From positions 736,001 through 800,000 of the forward strand of contig OZ242214.1 in the NCBI GenBank assembly GCA_965206595.1: 64,000 bases of DNA, given 5' to 3'. The translations under genes were made by a program, and so were the position numbers. The notes beneath the pieces were generated by a model, which made no database searches, was not told the origin of the DNA, and saw only the letters and a list, made by a program, of their open reading frames with translations. The first letter of the stretch is position 1. Every line of letters starts with the position of its first letter. Positions 9,070-21,000 of this stretch are shown piece after piece. The DNA comes from Candidatus Latescibacterota bacterium. GTDB taxonomy: Bacteria > Latescibacterota > UBA2968 > UBA8231.

Positions 9070-12000
9070 TCATTCTCTCCCGCGGGCCCTGCGCAGGTTC
9101 AGGGTGATCGGCTCGGGCTCGTCGGGACCGGCCTCGGGATGCTCCACGACGCAGTTGAGCAGGACCAGCTCCTCCAGGTCGTCCCCGGCGGCTCTGGCCA
9201 CCCGGGTGGAGGAAGTGGAAGTGGAAGGCAGGGTGTAGGCGTCGGCCTGGGTGACGTCGACGACGTAGCCTATGTCGGCCATCGACTGGATGGTGATCGC
9301 GCTCAGGGGGTGGGAAAGAGCCTCCCCGATTCGGGGCGTCATGAGCTCGTGTTGGAGGACGGACTCCCGCCAGTGGCTGTCCTGGCTGGCGGATCCACCC
9401 GAGGTGTTCTCCACGGGCACCTTGGCCCCGGTGTAGCTCGACCCCCCCGCGGCGTTGAATGCGGCAATCGCGTTCGCGCCCGAGAAATAGGTGTCGGGAG
9501 CGGGAACGATGGGATCGCCGTTCAGATCGAGGGACGGATTGTGCAGCAGGTTGTGGTCGTCCCACGGCGCGATACCGAATCCCAGGGTGTGACCGAGTTC
9601 GTGCAGAACGACTGCTCCCAGCTCTTGTTCCGTCATGGTACGCAGATCGTCCTGATCCATCTCCACATATGAAGCGATAGGCAACGAGGACGGGACGCGG
9701 TAGACGAGCCGCCCTGCCTGTCCGAGGGTACCGCTGGGTCCGTCGATCTCGAGGACTTCCACGTAGACCACCAGATCGTCGACGACCTGGGGGGCGGTAA
9801 TCCCGGGATAGAGCCTCTCCAACAGACTGCGTCCGCGATCCGACAAGCGGTGGTTGGGGATGTCCTGGGCGATGATCCGCTCCCAGCGCGCGGCCCCGGT
9901 TTCAAAGGCCGACTGAACCCTGCGGGCAGGTGAGCTGCCAACGTAGACCAGGTCGATATTGAAGGCAGGGGTCCCCGGCACGGTCGCCTCGGCGACCGCG
10001 GAGCGCACGCCCGACAGGCTGCCGGTGCAATCCGCCCCGAGGTATCCGTAGTCCGCCTCGTAGGTGCTGCCGGGCTCGAAGAAATCGGAGACCAGGTCCT
10101 GCACGGTTACTGTTGCCGTCTTGGGGGAACTCTCGTCGTTGGTCGCGGCAAAGCACCCTGTAGCCCAGCTCCCGATGGGCTCCTTCTGCCGGATCCGGAT
10201 CTGGTAGGCCCGGGTTTCGTCGGCGGTGAAGTCATCGCTGAACTCCAGGGTGAAGAGGTCGCCGCTGATGCTCAGAGTGGGGGCCGACAAGGTCGCCGCC
10301 TGGACATCGGCGCTGAAGGTCGTCAAGGCGGTCGCGCCCCAGGGATCGCTCGCCGTTACCGTGATCGTCGCGCTGCCCGCGGCCTTCGGATGGACCAGGA
10401 CCTCGGCACCGCTCACCTGCACGGGTGCGGCGGCAGTGTTGCTCGACGACGCCGTGAAAGTCAGGACAAAATCGTCGGGATCGTCGAAGGCTTCATCCAC
10501 GGACACGACCTCCACCGCGCCCCCCACAGGCAGCGACACGTCGTCGATGGAGCCCTCGACCACCGGGGACTGGTTGGGGAGCGTCTCCTCGGCCGAGGGG
10601 GACCATTCCCCCCCTCCTTCGTCGTTCTTGGCCCGCACCTGCACCTCGTATGTCGTGGCTCGATTCAGATTTCTGATAAACGCCACCCAATCAGGTTCCG
10701 TCCAGTCAGGTTCCGGGTCCGGATCGTAGCTGATGAAATCGCCGCTGTCCTTGACGCGGTACTGTATTTCCCAGGCGGTGATGTCAGGACCGGTAATGGC
10801 CGGCGGTCTCCGGCCCGGGGTGACCGCGATGATGCGGGAATAGGTGAAGGGAAGGCCCAACAGGGGCGCCGCTGGAGGACCTGGTGGCTCGTCGATGTCG
10901 GTCACTGAGACGAGGATCCGCTGCTGACGGGTCCGTTCCCGGGTGCCCATGCCGCTGGTCGCCGTGACATCGACCCGATACAGGTTCCTGCTGGCGGCGG
11001 GACGTTCGTAGTCGGGCAGTTCCACGAAGCTCAGCTCGCCCCGGCTGGTGATCTCGAACGGCGCCGGGTCCGTCCCGTCGGTGATCTCGTACCCGGTGAC
11101 GTAGTCCCTGGCGTCGGCATCGGTGGCGACCAGCGTGGCGACCTCGGTTTCGTTCTCCTCCACGTCGAAGGAAGTGGTGGCGAAGACCGGCCTGCTGTTA
11201 GCGGTGACGTCCGTCTCCGTGATCTTCACTTTCACGTCCTCGGCGGTCACGCCCTGATAGCCGCCGCTCACCGTGTGGCTCAGGGTGACCTCGTCGTCAT
11301 CGCTGTCGGTGTCGGCGCTGGAGGTCACCGTCACGGTCTGCGGCGTGTCCCAGTTGTCGGCGGTGAAGGTCAGCGGCGACGGATCCACCATGACATCCGC
11401 ACCCGATGGCACGGTCACCGTCACCGTCACGTTGGCGGTCGGCTGCGAGGTCAGCACCACCGTGTAGGTGTCGCTGTCGCCCTCCGGCATGCTCAGCTCC
11501 GTCGGATAGAGCTCCACCCCCGGTTCGGCGGCGATTACCTCCAGCGGCAGGTCTCCGGATCGGACGAACACGTAACCGCTGTCGCTCGCGGGCAGGACCG
11601 GCAGGGCGCCGAGATCGACGGTGACGGCGGCGCTGGTTCCGGCCGTGCGGGAGACCGAGAACAGCCCGCTCTGGACGCTGCCCTGGGGCACGGCGATGCT
11701 CTCTTCACCGCCGACGATCTCACCGTTCGCAAGGCGGAGCGGCAGGACCAGCTCGAAGGGGGCGGCGGTGTGCGCCTCCGCCCGGATGGTGTTCGCCACG
11801 GGGGCTTCCAGAGAGAGGGTAATCGGCAGTGGATCGACCGTGTTGTCTTCGAGTCTGAGCCTGGTCAGCGCGGTCAGTCCGGAAAAGAGGCCATCCGGCA
11901 GTGTCGAGAAGTCGTTCTCTCTCAGGTACAGCCATCTCAGCTCCGTCTGTCCGGAGAACAGGGTGGCCGGCAGCCCGGTGAGGTCGTTGCCGCTCAGGGA

Positions 12001-15000
12001 GAACACGGTCAGCGACCTCGGAGCGGAGAGGAGGTTTGCGTCGACGCTGCTGAGTTTGTTGTAGCCGAGGTCGAGAACCTCGAGCGCGGTCGGCCCGGAA
12101 AAGAGGTTGCTGGGCACGGAGGTGATTTCCAAATGGGACAGGTCGAGTCCTTCCAGTGCGGTCAGCCCGGAGAACAGGCCGGCGTCGAGGCTGCCGGGTT
12201 CGTTGTGGTCCAGGTGGAGTATTTCCAGCGCCGACAACCCGGAGAAGACCGTCGCCGGCAGGCCGGTGATTCCGGCTTCGGTCAGGTCGAGAAGTACGAG
12301 CGCCGACAACCCCGAGAAGGCGCTGGCGTCGAGGCTGCCCAGGTCGTTGTCATCCAGGTGGAGTATTTCCAGGGCCGACAACCCGGAGAAACCGTTCGCC
12401 GGCAGGGTGGTGACTCCGGCATCGGTCAGTTCGAGACTGGTCAGCGCCGTCAGCCCGGGGAACAGGCTCGCATCGATGCTGCCGAGGTCGTTGCCCGAGA
12501 GCAGGAGCTCCGTCAGCGCCGTCAGTCCGGAGAACGAGTTCGCTCCGAGGCTGGCGAGGTCGTTGTCGTTGAGGTAGAGGTCTTCCAGGGCCGCCAACGC
12601 GGAAAAGAGGTTGGCCTGCAGGGAAGTGAGGGCGTTCTCGGACAAGTCGAGGGCGATTGGCGTCGTCAACCCGGAGAAGGCGTTGGCGTCGAGGCTGGCG
12701 AGGTTGTTGCCGTCCAGGTAGAGGTCCTCCAGGGCCGTCAACCCGGAGAACGCGTTGGCCTGCAGGGTTGTGAAGGAGTTGTCGGACAGGTCGAGGGCCT
12801 TCAGCCTCTCCAGGCCCGAGAACAGGTTCGCCGGCAGGGAGCTGATGCTGTTGCTCCCCAGATCCAGGAATTGCAGGGCCGGCAGCCCGGCGAAGTCCCC
12901 GGCCTTCAGAGTCGAGATGTTCTCGTCGTACAGGAAGAGATACTCGATGGCCGCCAGGTGTTCCGACGTCACTTCGCCGCAAGTGCTCACCGGAGCCTGA
13001 TTGACGATCTCGTTGCGCACCTGCGCGGTGCGGCTGCAGACATTGTCGATGGGAGTCCGGTTGGCCACCCCCAGGTTGCTGAGGGCGCCGGCGGGGTTCT
13101 GCGCCAGGTCGCGGATCGGGTTGGTCCCTGGCGTGTAGGCCAGGGCCACCGTCTGGCCGGGCGTCACCTCCGAAGCGAGGGTGAGGGCTGCTTCGCTGGT
13201 GTACATCGCAACCGCGGTGACGCTGCGGGCCTCGCCGTCGACGGTCACGGCGAAGTCTCCGTCCCCCGGCTTCGGATCGCCGTCGAGCCTCTCCGCGTAT
13301 GCCAGGGTCAGCTCGTCGCTCTTGACCTCCGCTTCGGTGAGCGTCGGAGCGACGCCGTCGACCTTGTGCCGGGAGTCGTTGGTGCGGCCCGTGTGTGCCA
13401 GGTCGGCGTTGACGGTGGTGCTGTTCTTGAGCAGGAAGATGCGGCCGTTGTTGAGCTTGAGGCCGTTGGCGTTGATGGCGGCGCCGTCGGTGTCCTCGTC
13501 GGCGGCCTGTACCTTGTACCGGAACAGGAGCTGGGTCGTGGTGGATCCGCTTTCATAGTCGGCCTGCCGCACCGTGGAGCCGATGGTCAGGTCGATCTGC
13601 GGCGGGCCGGTGACCGTCACCGCCTCGCTGAAGGTCGCGGTCACGTCGAGGGTGTCGTTGAGCTTGTAGGTGTTGTTCTGCCCCGGGGCCGGGGTTGAGG
13701 TGAAGGCGACGCTGGAAACGGTCGGCGCCGTGAGGGTGGTCCCGCTGCCCGGATTGGACCAAGCTCCTTCTCCCTCGTCGTTTTTGGCCTGCACCTGGAT
13801 CTGGTAGGTCCGGCCGGAGCGCAGGCCGGTGATCGTGCGGCTCCGGGCCGCGCCGCTGTCGGACCAGGCGATGTAGGCGCCGCTGTGGCGGTACTGCACG
13901 TGGTAGTTGCTGATGACGGGACCGGTGTTGGCCGGCTCGGTCCAGCTCACGGTCAGGCTGCTCTCGGTCTCGTCGCTCGCCGCGGGCGGCTCGGGCTTGC
14001 CCGGCGGCTCGACCTCGTCTTCGATGGCGACGGTGATAGTCTGCGTCTCCGTCATCTCCCGGGTGTCCGTGCCGCCGGTCCCCTCTACCTCGACGATGTA
14101 TTCGTTGTTGCCCCCCGCATCCGCCGGCCTTTCGAAGTCGGGGTCGTCCTTGAAGCGCAGCTGGTTCGTGCTGGCGATCTCGAACCGGTCCTCGTCGGCC
14201 CCGCCGGTTACCTCGTAGCCGGTGATGCCGTCGTCCCTGTCGACGTCCTGGGCGGCCAGTCTGCCGACGACTTGCTCGTTTTCATCGACCTGGAAGGCAT
14301 CGTCGCTGGTGAAGACGGGCGCTTCGTTCTCGTCGGTGACGGTGACGGTGATCGCCTGCTCGGCGGTTAGGGCGCGCCCTCCCGTGCCGCCGGTGGCGGT
14401 GACCGCCACGTTGTACTGGTTGTTCCTTCCCGCATCCGAGGAATTCTCGAAGTCGGGGGCATCCTTGAAGGTCAGCACGCCGCCGCTGTTGACCTCGAAC
14501 AGGGCCTGGTCGGCGCCGCCGGTGGGGGTGTAGTTCGTGACGCGGTCGGCGCCATCGAGGTCCTCGGCTTCCACCAGGCCGGCAAAGGTCTGGTTCTCCG
14601 CGGCCTCGAAGGCGGCGTCGCTGGTAAACGAAGGGGGCTCGTTGACGTCGTTCAGGCTAATGAACACCGGGACGGTGCGCTCGCCGCCGTGTCCGTCGGT
14701 GGCCTTCACCTCCACCGAATAGTTGGACGTCGTCTCGTAGTCCCAGGTCTTGCCGGAACGGGTGCGCAGCTGACCGCTGCCTGAGTGGACGGTGAAGGAG
14801 TCGGCATCGGTGCCTTCGAGGCGGTAGGTCAGGGTGGTGTTCTCCGGGTCGGTGGCCCCGACCGGATCGCCGACGTCGACGACGCCGGTGGTGTTCTCAT
14901 CCAGGGAGCGGGTGGCGCTCGACCCGTCGGTGAACACCGGCAGCTGATTGGGGTCGGTTCTCCCCGTGCCGGGGGGCGACCAGTCGCTGGCTCCTTCGGG

Positions 15001-18000
15001 GTTGCGCGCCAGCACCTGCGCCTGGTAGCTCGTGCCCGGGGTCAGGTTGGTGATCGTCGCGGTGCGCTCGGCGCTGTTGTGGGACCAGAAGGTGAAGCTG
15101 CCGCTGTCTCCTTGCCGGTACTGCAGGTCGTAGTCGCTGATGTCGGGTCCGGTGGTGGCCGGTTCGGACCAGGTCACCGTCAGGCTCGTCGAGGAGGCCG
15201 CTGAGACTCCGGGTGCTCCCGGGTCCTCGGGCGGCTCCGGTTCGTCTCTCAGGTTGACCGTCACCTCGATGGTGTTGCTGCCCCCCTGGCCGTCCTCGAC
15301 GCGCACCGTCACCTCGTAGCGGGCCTGCTCCTCGTAGTCGTAGGTCCGGCCGGACCGGGTCTCGAGCTGTCCGTCGCTGGCGTCGAGGTCGAAGTGGGCC
15401 GCGTCGCTGCCGGCGAGGCCGTAGTCCAGGGTCCCCCCGTCGGAATCGGTGGCGGTCACCGGGTTGCCGATGTCGTTCGTCCCGGTGGTGTTCTCACCGA
15501 AACGGCGCGTGGTGCTCGTCCCCTCGTTGAACCTCGGTGCCTGGTTGGCGACGGTCCTGGCATCGACCGACTCGGACCAGAGGCTCTCCCCTTCGTCGCT
15601 GCGCGCCAGCACCTGCACCTCGTAGGGGGTGTCGGCGCTCAGGCCGGTGAGGGTCGCGGTGGTGCCGGGTCCGGTGTGCGGCCAGTCGTCGAAGGCGCCG
15701 CCGTCGCTGTACTGCACGTCGTAGTCGTTGATGGCCGGACCCGTGTTGGCCGGGGCGGTCCAGCGAATAGACAGACTGTTCAGCGTCGAGGCGGTCACGG
15801 TCGGTTTGTCGGGCCGGTCCGGCCGCTCGTTGTCGTCGTCGGTCAGCTCGATGGTCACGGTGACGGTCGTGCGGCCCCCCTGCTCGTCTTCTGCTTCCAC
15901 CGTCACGGAGTAGCGGCTCTGCGTCTCGAAGTCGTAGGCGACGCCGGGGCGGGTGCGCAGCTGACCGTTGGTCTCGTCGAGGGTGAAGGAGCTCGCGTCC
16001 CGTCCGGAGAGGCGGTAGGTCAGAGGAGTGTTCTCCGGATCGGTGGCGCTGACCGGGCCGCCGATGGCTTGTGTTCCGGTCGTATTCTCGTCGAGACCGC
16101 GCGTCGGCGCGGATTCGTCGAACACCGGCCGCTGATTGGCGCTGGTGGTCCCGAAGCCGGAGGCGGACCAGGAGCTCTCGCCCTCGTCGTTGTGCGCCCG
16201 CACCTGCACCTCGTAGCGGGTGTTGACCTCCAGGTTCGGGATCGTGGCGGCGGTGCCGGGGCCGGTGTGCGGCCAGGGGAGGAAGCTGCCGCTCTTGCGG
16301 TGCTGCACGTCGAAGTCGCGGACATCGGGACCGGTGTTGGCCGGCTCCGTCCAGGTCACGGTCAGACTCTTCGAGGCGGCCGGTTCGACCAGGGGCCTTG
16401 CAGGGGTCTGCGGGGGTTCGTCGACATCGGCCACGTGCACGGTCACGTCGATGGCATCGGTGCCGCCGTAGGGGTCGTCGGCTTCCAACGTCACCTCGTA
16501 GCGGTCCTTGGCTTCGAAGTCGTAGGTGACGCCGGACCGGGTGCGCAACTGCCCGCTGCTGGAGACGATGGCGAAGCTGGCCTCGTCGGTGCCGGAGAGC
16601 CGGTAGGTCAGGCGGTTTCCGTCGTCGTCGGTGGCGCGGACCGGGTGCTGGATGTTCCGGTTCGCGCCGGTGTTCTCGGCCACGGTCCGGGTTGCCGCCG
16701 GGGCCTCGTCGAAGGTGGGGGCGTTGTTCGGACCTGGCGGCGGGGGCGGGGGCGGGGGGGTAACCGGGCCCCCACCATTTCCGCTGCCACCGCTTGAGCT
16801 GGGCGGGGGCGGGGGCGGCCTGGGGGGCGGTTTGGGCTCGACGGTGACGATGAAGCCCAAGCTCGCCTCCAGTCCTTCGGGGTCGCGGGCGGTCACTGAG
16901 ATCCGGGTCTGCCCCAGGCTCTTGGGAGAGATGTTCACCCCGGTCCCCTCGACGGCCGCTATGGCCACCGCCTCGTTGCTCGAGGTGGCGGTGTAGGTCA
17001 GGACGTCTTCCTCGTCCGGGTCGGTGAAGGCGCTTTTCAGGTCGACCCGGGCAGGCCGGTCGATGCGGATCCTGCGGTCGGCCAGGGTCCGGGCAACCGG
17101 GGGCCGGTTGGAAGGGTACACGGTCACCGGGACCGGCAGGGTGGTAGTCTGGCCCCCCTGGTCGCGGGCGGTCACCGAGACCGTCACCCGGCCGGGGGTC
17201 ACCGGCGCGATGGTCAGCACCGAGTCGGCCAGGCTCGCGGCGGCCACCGCCTCGTCGCTGGAAGTCGCGGTGAGGGTCAGGGGCCCTCCCTCCGGGTCGC
17301 GGAAGCGGCCGGTCAGGTTCAAAGTGGCCGAGGCCCCCTCCACTTTCAGGATCTGCGCCGGCAGCCCGGCCCCCAGGGTCAGGCCGTAGGGCTCCTTCAG
17401 GCCGGTGGTGACCAGGTCTTCCACGTCGCTGCCGTCGAGGTGGGCGCGCTGGATCTTGTCGGTGCCGTAGTCGGTCCAGTACATGCGGCCCTCTACAAGG
17501 TCGAGGGCGATCGCCTGGGAGGTCTGCAGGCCTTCGGTGACCAGGTCCTCCACATCGGAGCCGTCCAGGTTGGCCCGCTGGATCTTGTCCGTGCCCCAGT
17601 CGGGCCAGTACATGCGGCCCTCTCCCAGGTCGAGGGCGATCCCCCGGGGCTGGTTGAGGCCGGTGACCAGGTCTTCGACTTCGGAGCCGTCGAGGTTGGA
17701 CCGCTGGATCTTGTCCGCCCCCCAGTCGGTCCAGTAGATCTTGCCCCCGGCCAGGTCGAGGGCGAGGCCGTAGGGCTCGTTCAGACCGGTGGCGACCAGG
17801 TCTTCGATTTGGGAGCCGTCGAGGTTGGACCGCTGAATCTTGTCGGTGCCCCAGTCGGTCCAGTAGATCTTCCCTCCGGCCAGGTCGAGGGCGAGGCCGA
17901 ACGGCTCCTGCAAGCCCTCGGTTACCAGGTCTTCGACCTTTGAGCCGTCGAGGTGGGCACGCTGGATCTTGTCGCTGCCGCTGTCGGTCCAGTACATGCG

Positions 18001-21000
18001 GCCGCTGTTTCGATCGAGGGCGAGGTCCCGGGGCTGGTTGAGGCCGGTGACCAGGGTGCGGAGGTCGCTGCCGTCGAGCTCAGCGCGCTGGATGCGGTCG
18101 CTGCGGGCGTCGGTCCAGTAGAGCCAGGGCACGGCTACCGGGGGCTCGTTGGAAGCCTGCACGGTGACCGAAAAAGTCTGGGTTGCCTGCAGGCCGCCGG
18201 AGTCGCGGGCGGTCACGGATATGGCGGTCTGGCCTACGGACAGCAGACGCAGGGTCACCAGGGAATCGGCTGCCTCTACTGAGGCCACCGCTTCGTCGCC
18301 GGAGGAGGCCGTGTAGGTCAGGGCGTCTCCGTCCGGGTCGCTGCCGGCAAGCTCGAGGGTCAGCGAGTCGCCGGTGGCCGCGGTGCGGTCGGTAAGCGGC
18401 TCCAGTTCCGGGGCCTGGTTGTCGCCGGCCGCGGTCCGGACCAGGGCCAGCCCCCGGGGGCTCAGCAAGCCCTCGGTCACCAGGTCCTCGACCTCGCTGC
18501 CGTCGAGGTTGGCGCGTTGAATGCGGTCGGTGCTGCTGTCGGCCCAGTAGAGCTTGCCCGCAGAAACGTCGAGGGCCAGGCCCCGGGGCGTGCCCAGACC
18601 GGTGGTCACGAGATCCTCGACTTGAGAGCCGTCGAGGTTGGCGCGCTGGATCTTGTCGGTGCCGTTGTCCGTCCAGTAGATCTTGCCGGCGGCGGTATCG
18701 AGGGCCAGGCCCCGCGGGATCTGCAAACCGGTGGTGACGAGGTCCTCTACTTGAGAGCCGTCGAGGTCGGCCCGCTGGATCTTGTCGGCGCCGCTGTCGG
18801 TCCAGTAGAGCTTGCCGCCGGCCGGATCGAGGGCGAGGCCCAGCGGCGTCTGCAGGCCGGTGACCAGGTCCTCTACTTGAGAGCCGTCGAGATTGGCGCG
18901 CTGAATCTTGTCGGTGCCGTTGTCGCTCCAGTAGAGCTTGCCGCCGGCCGCGTCCAGAGCCAGGGCCAGGGGGATCTGCAGGCCGGCGGTCACCAGGTCT
19001 TCCACCTCGGAGCCGTCGAGGTTGGACCGCTGGATGCGGTCGCTGCCGTAGTCGGTCCAGTAGAGCTTGCCGGCGGCTTCGTCCACGGCCAGGCCGCGCG
19101 GGTTGACCAGGCCGCTGTCGATCACGTCCTCGACCCCGGAGCCGTCGAGGTTGGACCGCTGGATGCGGTCCGCCTCCGCGTCGGTCCAGTAGAGCCGGTT
19201 GACGGCCCCGGGGCTCCCGGCTCCGACGTTGAGCGTGAAGCGCTGCTCCGCCTCCATCTCGTCCGGGTCGCGGACGGTCACCGCAATCGTCGCCCGGCCC
19301 GCGGACAGCGGGTAAACCGTCAGCCGGGAACCGGCCACCTCGACCGCGGCGACTTCCTCATTGCCGGACATTGCCGTGTAGGTCAGGGCGTCTCCGTCCG
19401 GGTCGCTGCCGGCTGCTACCAGGGTCAGGGTATCGCCAGCCGCCGCGGTCCGGTCCGCTATAGGCGCCAGTACCGGGGCCCGGTTTCGGGCGGCCCCGGC
19501 AGTCCGCACCAGAACCAGGCCCCGGGGACTCAGCAGGCCCTCGGTCACCAGGTCTTCGATTTCAGAGCCGTCGAGGTTGGACCGCTGGATCTTGCCGGTG
19601 CCGCTATCCGTCCAGTAGAGCTTGCCCCCCTCCGCGTCGAGGGCCAGGCCCCGAGGCGTGTGCAGGCCGGTGCTTACCAGCTCTTCCACCGCGGAGCCAT
19701 CGAGATTCGCCCGCTGGATCTGGTCGGTGCCATTGTCCGTCCAGTAGATCTTCCCGCCGGCTGCGTCCACGGCCAGCCCCCGGGGAAGGTCCAGGCCGGT
19801 GGTCACAAGGTCTTCGATTTCGCTGCCGTCGAGATTTGCCCGCTGGATCTTGTCGCTGCCGCTGTCGGTCCAGTAGATCTTCCCCCCGGCCGCGTCGAGG
19901 GCCAGGCTCAACGGCGTCTGTAAACCGGTCACCACGTCCTCGACTTGAGAGCCGTCGAGCTCAGCGCGCTGGATTTTGTCAGTGCCGTTGTCGGTCCAGT
20001 AGATCTTCCCCCCGGCCGCGTCGAGGGCCAGACCCAGGGGGATCTGCAGGCCGGCGGTCACCAGGTCTTCCACTTGGGAGCCATCGAGGTTGGCGCGCTG
20101 GATCCTGTCGCTGCCGTAGTCGGTCCAGTAGAGCTTGCCGGCCGCTTCGTCCACGGCCAGGCCGCGCGGGTTGACCAGGCCGCTGTCGACGACGTCCTCG
20201 ACCGCGGAGCCGTCGAGGAGGGACCGCTGAATGCGGTCGCCGTCCGCGTCCGTCCAGTAGAGCCGCGCCTCGGTCCCGGTCGCAGCGCCGATCCCTTCCG
20301 GCAGCGACGGGTCGGACGGGTCGGCGTGGTAGGCCTCGATGAGCCGGGCGTCGGCCAGGTCGACCTGCCCGTCCCCGTTGACGTCCCCCAGAGTGAGGTC
20401 GCCGTTGGCAAGGGAGAGGGAGGGGTCCTCGCTGTACGAGGCGATGAGCAGGGCGTCGGCGAGGTCGACCCGCCCGTCCCGGTTGACGTCGCCCAGCAGG
20501 CCCCCGTCGGCCACCTTTCCGCGAGGAAGGGATGACAGCGGCTGAACCAGGATATCGACCCGCCCGCCGTCCACCCGGAAGGCCGGGTCGACGTAAAGGA
20601 CCAGCCCCGGCCCCGAGACCGTCAGCCCGTAGAGCTGACCCTCGCCGCGGGCCGAAGTCCATGCCCCGGAACCGGCGGCTCCCACTCCGCCGGTCCTGCC
20701 TGATGGGTCCGCGACGCCCTCGAAGCCCGCCCCCGCCCGCCCGGCTGAAGCGGTGCCTGCCGTCGGGAAGCCCGCCCCCGCCTCCTCTCTTGTCCCATCC
20801 GCGGGACCGGCTGCATCGCCGAAGGTTCCACCAGCCGTCCCGCTCCCCGGCGCGGGCCCTCCAGAGGTGCCCGCGGCCTCATTCCATGGACTTGGTCCCC
20901 CCGCCCCGTCGGCTCCTCCACTCCAGGGATCCGCTACCACTCCAAGCCCTCCCCCCGCCGGGACCACCGGTCCGTCCAGCAGCACCATCGACCGCGTCAG

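Noticed and set aside
17370-20262. Regular ~129-bp repeats resembling a CRISPR or DGR array
   Set aside because: In-frame coding YWTD repeats with no unique spacers; no cas or reverse transcriptase gene in the window.
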